20,000 bases of DNA from an uncultured virus (IMG/VR IMGVR_UViG_3300025141_000074). Taxonomy: Duplodnaviria > Heunggongvirae > Uroviricota > Caudoviricetes. A program made the position numbers and the translations under genes. Shown one piece after another: positions 9,222 through 15,263 of this stretch. The number at the start of each line of letters is the position of its first letter. Position 1 is the stretch's first letter. A model generated the notes under the pieces. The model did not search any database, was not told the origin of the DNA, and saw only the letters and a program-made list of their open reading frames with translations. The stretch is taken from IMG/VR virus record IMGVR_UViG_3300025141_000074; one strand, written 5' to 3'.

Positions 9222-9455
9222 TCATGCCCCAATGGGCTTAGGCATTCCTGTGATAGGGAATGAGTCAAAAGGTATACAAAAAGCCTCCGTTTTAAGGGAA
9301 AGCTTGTATTCCGGTGGTTTTGCCGCATATGCTTCCCTGTAACCATCGCGTGCCACTACACACTGCTCTTCCGTTGGGTAGATAAGTGCGTTGTATTTAA
9401 CGGATGGTTGATTAGGGGAAGACAATAGCATTACCAGTAGCCATATCTTAACCAT
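9222..9455 (-). CDS. Hypothetical exported protein with Cys pair
   Basis: MVKIWLLVMLLS, EEQC...AFC; same architecture as 8132..8437. Confidence 0.75.
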   Translation of the reverse strand: MVKIWLLVMLLSSPNQPSVKYNALIYPTEEQCVVARDGYREAYAAKPPEYKLSLKTEAFCIPFDSFPITGMPKPIGA

Positions 9456-9542
9456 TTATTTTCCTCGTAAATATGTTTTATGAGGTTGATATTTTAACCA
9501 TTTTCTGAATTTATACCAGATATTTCTGATTCTTCGTGCCAT
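9456..9542 (-). CDS. 28-aa basic/aromatic peptide
   Basis: MARRIRNIWYKFRKWLKYQPHKTYLRGK with AGGA before the ATG; abuts the next gene. Confidence 0.6.
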   Translation of the reverse strand: MARRIRNIWYKFRKWLKYQPHKTYLRGK

Positions 9543-9623
9543 TGTTGTCCTATTAAAAAGGGGACCCTCCCGCAACGAATGCGCGAAAAGAGTCCACCGA
9601 GATGAAATGAAGTTGAGAACTAT

Positions 9624-9652
9624 TATATACTTGACAAGTTGTTTCAACGCAA
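9624..9652 (-). promoter_or_regulatory. Candidate leftward sigma70 promoter for the inverted cluster
   Basis: TTGCGT-17bp-TATATA on the minus strand, with TATAAT overlapping at 9627-9622. Confidence 0.4.
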
Positions 9653-9711
9653 GAAATAACTTATTTTTTACTTGACACGGTTTTTGGCTGATTTCCGGGA
9701 TAATTATTTAC

Positions 9712-9740
9712 TTGATATATCCCATAATTTACTGTATAAT
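9712..9740 (+). promoter_or_regulatory. Rightward sigma70-type promoter
   Basis: TTGATA (9712-9717), 17-bp spacer, TATAAT (9735-9740); further TTGACA hexamers at 9631 and 9672. Confidence 0.8.
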
Positions 9741-9746
9741 ATGGGC

Positions 9747-9947
9747 AACAAAGAAAGAATAATATTTGCAAATATTATTTCCTTCTGGCTGAACAACAAG
9801 TGCAAAGTTGTAAAGCAATGGCTCCGGGGGATATGTCCAAATGGATGAAGGACTGGGGTTAGGTACTGAGTACCGTTATCATTTGAAAGGATGATTTGCC
9901 GGGAAAGGTTGGGGGTGCGTTCATCCAAGACCCTCGGAGGCTTTGTT
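9747..9947 (+). ncRNA. Putative structured leader RNA / ncRNA
   Basis: Nested stems 9822-9830/9931-9939, 9842-9849/9920-9927, GAAA-capped 9878-9895, loop-E-like AGUA/GAA, hairpin 9793-9811, 22-nt palindrome 9758-9779. Confidence 0.65.
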
Positions 9948-10214
9948 ATGAAATGGAATGAGATGTTAAAAGATATGTTAAGTTTAAAAAAGTTTGATGA
10001 ATGGCTGAACAAGTCACACAGGGGCCACCGAATCTCCTACTACAGGGGATTCATCTTTGCGCCGAATGAGCAGAAGCTATCACCCACGCTTGACTTCAAG
10101 CGCGTGGAAAAGCTAGCCAAGCACGTACGCAAAGCCTTCAACAACCACCTCGTTACACTGGTACAAAAGAAGCATGATAATTTTGATTATGAATACATTG
10201 CGGTGCGTCTATGA
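9948..10214 (+). CDS. Hypothetical phage protein
   Basis: GGAGG at 9936-9940 before ATG 9948; ISYYRGF...LVQKK...YEYIAVR. Confidence 0.75.
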   Translation: MKWNEMLKDMLSLKKFDEWLNKSHRGHRISYYRGFIFAPNEQKLSPTLDFKRVEKLAKHVRKAFNNHLVTLVQKKHDNFDYEYIAVRL

Positions 10215-10309
10215 TCTGGGCCATCATTTCATTTTTTATCATCCCCATTAAGATCGTCATTGCATTATGGATAGTATACCATCTTTACATGTGGGTATTG
10301 GGCATATGA
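10211..10309 (+). CDS. 32-aa membrane peptide (not in ORF track)
   Basis: MIWAIISFFIIPIKIVIALWIVYHLYMWVLGI; ATGA overlaps at both ends. Confidence 0.65.
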   Translation: MIWAIISFFIIPIKIVIALWIVYHLYMWVLGI

Positions 10310-10473
10310 GCACAGGATATAATCTAAACGGGGCTAACAGTTCCAGGCAGCCTCCACGAAGAGTGAAGGAGTTGGATAGCCAACGACATAATCCAATTTT
10401 CACCAAACCTACGTTTAAGAAAAGACACAATAGGAGTGGGAAGGTAAAATTTATACAAATAAGGAACACATGA
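10306..10473 (+). CDS. Small basic hypothetical protein
   Basis: ATGA-coupled to both neighbours. Confidence 0.55.
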   Translation: MSTGYNLNGANSSRQPPRRVKELDSQRHNPIFTKPTFKKRHNRSGKVKFIQIRNT

Positions 10474-10664
10474 GTTTATATAAGAGATTAATAAAAGAAA
10501 AAGACCGTCTTGGAAAAAAAGCACTGCGCTTTCCGCAGACGGACAAAGAGTTGCTCGACCGTAAACGATGGGAGAGAATTTATATAATTCTCACCCGCCG
10601 TTACGAATACGAAAGAGAGTCCTTTGAGAATGAACTTCGAGGATCACCGGAACACAATAGCTAG
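10470..10664 (+). CDS. Hypothetical protein
   Basis: AAGGA RBS, ATGA overlap. Confidence 0.65.
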   Translation: MSLYKRLIKEKDRLGKKALRFPQTDKELLDRKRWERIYIILTRRYEYERESFENELRGSPEHNS

Positions 10665-10672
10665 GAGGTAAC

Positions 10673-10831
10673 ATGGCTAAAACACTACTACAAAAAATCA
10701 AGGCACAGCTTGCTAAACTAGAGAAGCTGCACGAAAAGGAAAATGATGTTGTTGAAAAGATCAATGATATTATTGAGGAAGAAGAAAACAAGGATGAGGA
10801 AAATGATTTTGATTGGGAGGGTACAGATTAA
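10673..10831 (+). CDS. 52-aa coiled-coil protein with acidic tail (not in ORF track)
   Basis: Strong AGGAGGT RBS; MAKTLLQKIKAQLAKLEKLHEKENDVVEKINDIIEEEENKDEENDFDWEGTD. Confidence 0.75.
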   Translation: MAKTLLQKIKAQLAKLEKLHEKENDVVEKINDIIEEEENKDEENDFDWEGTD

Positions 10832-10899
10832 TGGACCCCGCAACATTCGCCCTTGTGTTCTTCGGAACGCTTTGGATAGTGGGCATGCTTGGTGATTAA
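10831..10899 (+). CDS. 22-aa hydrophobic peptide
   Basis: TAATG coupling, GGAGG upstream; MDPATFALVFFGTLWIVGMLGD. Confidence 0.5.
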   Translation: MDPATFALVFFGTLWIVGMLGD

Positions 10900-11035
10900 G
10901 ATTTCCAAGTATCCCGCAAAGGTTGGGTATGGCAAGCTTCATGGATTGTGGTATGAATACTGGAATGACATGAGCTGGCGTCCCACGCTTAAAACGAAAA
11001 TTATCTTGTTTTTTAAAAGAATAAGGAGAAAGTAG
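10892..11035 (+). CDS. 47-aa hypothetical protein
   Basis: GTG start overlapping the previous stop; fills the gap up to the next gene. Confidence 0.45.
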   Translation: MIKISKYPAKVGYGKLHGLWYEYWNDMSWRPTLKTKIILFFKRIRRK

Positions 11036-11038
11036 AAT

Positions 11039-11368
11039 ATGAATAATTACATGTCAAAAAACGAATTAGCTGAATCGCTTGGGATTAGTCTTGCAACGAT
11101 TAATCGCAAACTAAAAGAAATTCCTCATGTAAAAATGGGGGGTGTCCAACAAAGTAGGGTATTATTTGATCCTGAAAAGATTAAGAAATATCTTAAAAAA
11201 TTTGAAGTTAACCTACCCATGGATAAAAAAGATTCGGAACGTGATTTGAGTTGGGCACAAAATTTTTGGCCTTACCATGACAAAGAAGGCACGATAGTCT
11301 TTCTTAACGAAGTGAATCCAAATAACAAGCGTGATCAACAGCAATGGGGCAGAATTTTAGATGGTTGA
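11039..11368 (+). CDS. Excisionase/AlpA-like winged-HTH DNA-binding protein
   Basis: YMSKNELAESLGISLATINRKLKEIPHVKMGG...RVLFD; AAGGAG RBS. Confidence 0.8.
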   Translation: MNNYMSKNELAESLGISLATINRKLKEIPHVKMGGVQQSRVLFDPEKIKKYLKKFEVNLPMDKKDSERDLSWAQNFWPYHDKEGTIVFLNEVNPNNKRDQQQWGRILDG

Positions 11369-11549
11369 CACAACAAGATACAAAAGCGTAGCGATAAAGA
11401 TTCCCTACTATGACGCATTGGTGCGCATGGGGGAGAGCATGCACCGTGGGCCGGGACAAGAAATGATGCATTTAATTGAGAAGGAATCTGTCCAGAGAGG
11501 AATGAAAATAAGAAATGAAAGAATTAGAAAAAGTAAGAAAAGAGATTAA
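11361..11549 (+). CDS. Ribbon-helix-helix-like small DNA-binding protein
   Basis: YKSVAIK beta-strand followed by two helices. Confidence 0.55.
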   Translation: MVDTTRYKSVAIKIPYYDALVRMGESMHRGPGQEMMHLIEKESVQRGMKIRNERIRKSKKRD

Positions 11550-11790
11550 GGCTGTTCTTATAGAAGGGGAGCAGAACAATGAAGCATTCCACTGGCTTGT
11601 TGACAAGCTAGGGATGATTCGCATGTATGAGCAAGGGCTACCCATTCACATGGTTCTTGGAATCATTGATGAATGGATGGAGGATGTAGAGGAGCGAAAC
11701 CGTGTTAAAGCATTGGAAGGATTTGATGAAAGGCATATTCAAAAAACCTACGCAAGTGTACAAACAAGATGGGACGCACGCAACAACTAG
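11515..11790 (+). CDS. Hypothetical protein
   Basis: ORF in a tightly packed operon. Confidence 0.7.
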   Translation: MKELEKVRKEIKAVLIEGEQNNEAFHWLVDKLGMIRMYEQGLPIHMVLGIIDEWMEDVEERNRVKALEGFDERHIQKTYASVQTRWDARNN

Positions 11791-11791
11791 A

Positions 11792-12070
11792 ATGGATATT
11801 AATTCTGTTCCTATGGTGCGTATTCACTGGGTTGATGCCCGTGATACGGAAACTGGTTGGCTGGATATCAAGGATATCCTCAAGGCCCCACTTGCAAACT
11901 GCATGGAGGTTGGCTGGATGATGGTGAATAATGACGAGAAGGTCGTGATCATGCGCTCGTGGTGCAAGGACAAGGATGACAACAGCGGTGGTGGTGTAAC
12001 AGCTATACCCAGTGGTTGGGTAAAGAAAATAGAATATTTGAGTGTGGGACATGCAGACGTACGAAATTAA
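11792..12070 (+). CDS. Conserved hypothetical phage protein
   Basis: V.I.W.DA....GW...C..VGW...IP.GW...IE pattern, common in small phage proteins. Confidence 0.75.
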   Translation: MDINSVPMVRIHWVDARDTETGWLDIKDILKAPLANCMEVGWMMVNNDEKVVIMRSWCKDKDDNSGGGVTAIPSGWVKKIEYLSVGHADVRN

Positions 12071-12440
12071 CTTATGGCAAAATAAAAAGGTTATCGAGAA
12101 GGTAGTCAAGCAGTTTGAGGGTGATGAGAAGGTGCTGGAATTTATCAAGAACAATTTTGATAAGGATGAGGAATTACCTAGACTGGACCGCGAAAAAGGA
12201 TATCTTCGTCCTAAAAAGAGTGATATAATAATTACATGGTCAAAAGTAGCTACTTATGTTCGCAAAAATGCACCAAAGAGACTGGGTCTCAATGAGCAGG
12301 AAGAGGAGCTTAAGGATACATTGGATAAGTCAATTACCCAGGAGACTATTAATGAATGGGGTAAAAATGAGATGTTTAGGCAAGTAAGAAAGCATTATTG
12401 GGGTCACCCCAATGCAAAAGGACAAGAAGATATTAGATAA
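12051..12440 (+). CDS. Hypothetical protein
   Basis: ORF overlapping the upstream gene. Confidence 0.7.
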   Translation: MQTYEINLWQNKKVIEKVVKQFEGDEKVLEFIKNNFDKDEELPRLDREKGYLRPKKSDIIITWSKVATYVRKNAPKRLGLNEQEEELKDTLDKSITQETINEWGKNEMFRQVRKHYWGHPNAKGQEDIR

Positions 12441-12456
12441 GCGACTAGGATGGACG

Positions 12457-12684
12457 ATGAAAAAGAACACGAAGAAGGAAGGATTGACACCCAAGCAAAA
12501 ATGGGTGTTTGAGGCCATCAAGGACTTCATTCAACAGAATGGACATTCACCCTCTTATGAGGAGATCAAGCAGCTGATGGGGGTACGCTCCAAGAGTAAT
12601 GTGCATGCATATGTGCATAGATTAGCGACACGTGGATGGATAGGATTTGGAAATGGCAGAAATCGGTCAATTTACATTTTATAA
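12457..12684 (+). CDS. LexA-like DNA-binding domain only (no peptidase domain)
   Basis: LTPKQKWVFEAIKDFIQQNGHSPSYEEIKQLMGVRSKSNVHAYVHRLATRGWI...RSI. Confidence 0.88.
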   Translation: MKKNTKKEGLTPKQKWVFEAIKDFIQQNGHSPSYEEIKQLMGVRSKSNVHAYVHRLATRGWIGFGNGRNRSIYIL

Positions 12685-12747
12685 GGGGTCACCATAGTGA
12701 TATATTTGCTCAAAAGTTTTTTTTATTTACGTACCGGGGATGAAACT

Positions 12748-12941
12748 GGTGCCACAGTGACACATTTACTGATTAAGCTATATAAATCAATCATTTATTG
12801 TGTGGCACCTATGTGTCACTACTCTAGACGACGCAAGGCGCTTTTTTGTTTTTTACAAAACAAAATGAGTAAAAATATAACTATACCAGGGGTTTACAAG
12901 TGGTAGATGAACGATTGAAAGGTGCCACAAGTGGTGCCACA
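12748..12941. repeat. GTG(C/A)CACA repeat set flanking an IHF-consensus site
   Basis: GGTGCCACA 12748, 12921, 12933; inverted TGTGGCACC 12801; AGTGACACAT 12756 / ATGTGTCACT 12811; AATCAATCATTTA 12785-12797 fits WATCAANNNNTTR. Confidence 0.75.
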
Positions 12942-13577
12942 AATGTGGTCAAAAAGAGGCAATGGATTCCAGGTGAAAAGGGCCATGGACGCCCAGGAGT
13001 TCCTGGAAGTGGTGGAGCTAAACACCATCCACTCAGGGCTGATGGATTGACTGACAAGCAACAGATCTTTGTTAAGATATTTACAGAGAATGAAGGTAGG
13101 ATGACACCCACTGAATGTGCTAGGCAAGCTGGTTATGCTGAAGGATCGGCGAGTATAACTGCATCTGTTTTATTAAATGGTAAAAGATACCCTAAGGTGG
13201 TAGAAGCTATCCTCGCACGACGTGCTGAGATGGAAAAGACGCATGAGGTTAAACTAAATAAACATGTACAGGAATTGGCTAGGCTGCGTGAAAGGGCTCT
13301 TAATGAGAAGTCTTATTCTGCTGCTGTTAATGCTGAGCGCTTGCGAGGGCAAGCTGCGGGATTGTACATCGATAGAAAAGAAATTCGAACGGGTTCAATT
13401 GACAGTATGTCTAGAGAGGACGTTTTAAACAAGTTAAAGGAAATAGGATTAGATGGAAAATTTAAAAAGGAAGGCAATCAAACTGTCCTTTCGGTCGAAG
13501 AGAAATCCAGTAGCGATGGAGCTGAAGACATCACCGAAATACAAACAGAGGATAGTGAAAGACAAGACAAAGTATGA
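12900..13577 (+). CDS. terS: Terminase small subunit
   Basis: LTDKQQIFV...TECARQAGYA...AS.LL...P.V pattern of the Terminase_2 family; SAAVNAE..RG...GLY. Confidence 0.85.
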   Translation: MVDERLKGATSGATNVVKKRQWIPGEKGHGRPGVPGSGGAKHHPLRADGLTDKQQIFVKIFTENEGRMTPTECARQAGYAEGSASITASVLLNGKRYPKVVEAILARRAEMEKTHEVKLNKHVQELARLRERALNEKSYSAAVNAERLRGQAAGLYIDRKEIRTGSIDSMSREDVLNKLKEIGLDGKFKKEGNQTVLSVEEKSSSDGAEDITEIQTEDSERQDKV

Positions 13578-13981
13578 CCGTAAAACCGGAAACAAACTTT
13601 TGGAAGAGTTTAAAGACATTATTAGACGGTGGTGACTATATTGTTTCACGCCTTGAATCATATGTCACACCGGGTTTTCCCGATTGCATAATATTTCACA
13701 ATGTTACAGGATTCTTCACAGTTGAATTAAAGATAGTTCAACCTAATAATAAAATACACCTCTCTCCCTTCCAAATTTCCTGGAATTCACGTCATGCGAT
13801 AGCAGGAGCCCATTCTTACATCTTAGTTAACCTACCCCTCAAGGGTACGGTTAAACTGTTTCACGGGTGTAAAACAAAGGAACTAGGGCATAGCACCGTG
13901 GACCAAGTGCCCGGGTTATACGAGGGAAGGCTCGAGGACCTAGATTGGCTTAAACTCCCAAACTCCTGCAAAAACCCTTAA
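13574..13981 (+). CDS. PD-(D/E)xK nuclease (VRR-NUC / Holliday junction resolvase-like)
   Basis: E..FW, RLES..TPGFPD...FTVELK, LSPFQISW. Confidence 0.85.
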   Translation: MTVKPETNFWKSLKTLLDGGDYIVSRLESYVTPGFPDCIIFHNVTGFFTVELKIVQPNNKIHLSPFQISWNSRHAIAGAHSYILVNLPLKGTVKLFHGCKTKELGHSTVDQVPGLYEGRLEDLDWLKLPNSCKNP

Positions 13982-14163
13982 ACCTCACTATATGGGCCGT
14001 GGATCCTGTGGTCCGGGCGCCCGGCGCGCAGCTTCTTCCTGTCAAGTTCAAACTCCGAAACTCCATAGGGGAAGCCAAAATCCTTAAATGATAATACAGG
14101 GTCAGGATCCTGGATGCCCGGGGCGCAGCTGGAGTGCGTCAGGAAAAAAGTTCAAATGAGCTG

Positions 14164-14192
14164 TTGCATTGTGGATAACTTTATGTTATAAT
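14164..14192 (+). promoter_or_regulatory. sigma70 promoter with extended -10 and a DnaA box in the spacer
   Basis: TTGCAT-17bp-TATAAT with TG at 14184-14185; TGTGGATAA at 14170-14178. Confidence 0.82.
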
Positions 14193-14198
14193 AAGGGT

Positions 14199-14279
14199 AG
14201 AAATAGAGTATTTATAAGCGCAAGTATACTTGGTCTGTTTGTATGGTTAAAAGCCCGTACTCTATTTCTTATAAATAGA
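14199..14279 (+). ncRNA. Putative structured 5' leader
   Basis: 12-bp stem 14199-14210/14258-14269 enclosing palindrome CAAGTATACTTG (14221-14232) and hairpin GTATGG-TTAAAAGC-CCGTAC; alternative hairpin 14261-14279. Confidence 0.5.
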
Positions 14280-14280
14280 A

Positions 14281-14505
14281 ATGGAGCAAAATATGGTTGT
14301 AGATGATACAATAAGCCAAGCACTCAATAGGATTGCTGATGGCATAGAAGAAAGTAATGCATTATTAGATAGGATTGCGAATCATTATGATGGGGTTGTT
14401 CCCATTATGACACGCAATCAAAAGAGAGCTGAAGCGTTAGCCGAGGAGCAAGAGCAAACTTTTGCACAAGGTATAAAGAACATCTTTAGTCCTCAAGAGC
14501 ATTAA
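14281..14505 (+). CDS. Small acidic helical hypothetical protein
   Basis: 74-aa ORF downstream of a strong promoter; its stop codon runs into an AAACTCC doublet. Confidence 0.75.
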   Translation: MEQNMVVDDTISQALNRIADGIEESNALLDRIANHYDGVVPIMTRNQKRAEALAEEQEQTFAQGIKNIFSPQEH

Positions 14506-14760
14506 ACTCCTAAACTCCCATAGGTTATCTATAAGTAAAAATTGTGGATAACCTGTGGATAATTTGGGCACCGGGGGCGCTGCGCGCTGACGCAAACTCC
14601 CGTTAAAAAACATAAGGCTTTCTGCCGTTTTGTGCGAGCTTCATTGTTCCCACCGGGCGCGCCCGGGATTTCCGTGGAGCGATGAGCTTTGGAAAATAAG
14701 AATGGCTGATTTGCTTGTGTCCCGGGCCTTAAATAAATACGCCTGGACCCTGAATACCTG

Positions 14761-14789
14761 TTGACCTTCCAGGAAGCAGGTGGTAAAGA
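14761..14789 (+). promoter_or_regulatory. Candidate sigma70 promoter
   Basis: TTGACC-17bp-TAAAGA with extended TG; lacks the final T of the -10 element. Confidence 0.45.
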
Positions 14790-14828
14790 TGGTATTTAAA
14801 CGAAGAGATGGGAAGAAAGAGAAAGAAA

Positions 14829-14921
14829 ATGGCGCATTTAATAGGTATTTTAATACTCGGAACCGTGAAGGTTGCAGCTGGAGCTGCAGTCATTTGGATC
14901 CTCGTGCAGCTGCTGGGGTGA
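14829..14921 (+). CDS. 30-aa hydrophobic peptide (not in ORF track)
   Basis: MAHLIGILILGTVKVAAGAAVIWILVQLLG; purine-rich leader; possible in-frame start at 14808; followed by an AAACTCC doublet. Confidence 0.55.
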   Translation: MAHLIGILILGTVKVAAGAAVIWILVQLLG

Positions 14922-15061
14922 TGTAAACTCCCGTAAACTCCCTTAACCTCACTAAACTGCAAATGTTTGGTCTTTGGTTTCGGGCACCGGGCGCGCCCGG
15001 GTGGAGTGGCGATGGAGATGAGACTTGGTCAAAGTTATCCACAAGAAAAAGAAAGATTGGG

Positions 15062-15090
15062 TTGAGATGAATTACATTTGATGATATAAT
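15062..15090 (+). promoter_or_regulatory. sigma70 promoter with extended -10
   Basis: TTGAGA-17bp-TATAAT, TG at 15082-15083; DnaA box just upstream at 15035. Confidence 0.8.
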
Positions 15091-15094
15091 GATG

Positions 15095-15263
15095 ATATGT
15101 GTTGGTAGCCACACATATAAAAAAGGACTACCAGTCTAAGCTGAGGAGAACCCAGTGAACGCTTATGCGTACGGAAGTGTATAAGGGCTTCCATAAGCAA
15201 CATAGTTGCCAGACGCTAGACAAGATGAGGCAAGATAAACGGAGTTATTCGGCTCTTGCCTCA
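15095..15263 (+). ncRNA. Putative ~165-nt small RNA with a 5' pseudoknot
   Basis: Own promoter, no credible ORF; stems 15095-15102/15111-15118, pseudoknot 15103-15108/15128-15133, 15161-15166/15193-15198, 15173-15177/15188-15192, 15226-15235/15254-15263. Confidence 0.65.

Noticed and set aside
9704..10012. 102-aa minus-strand ORF and the 9891 upstream extension of the plus ORF
   Set aside because: They overlap the promoter and structured leader; the RBS supports the start at 9948.
12697..12906. 69-aa ORF upstream of terS
   Set aside because: Covers the repeat/IHF site, no RBS, composition not protein-like.
14729..15114. Two minus-strand ORFs (77 and 74 aa) in the control region
   Set aside because: They run antisense across promoters, GC palindromes and the better-supported 30-aa plus-strand ORF.
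15141..15200. Hammerhead ribozyme (CUGAGGA fits CUGANGA)
   Set aside because: No GAAA after a proper stem II (GAAC instead) and no NUH cleavage triplet after the candidate stem III.
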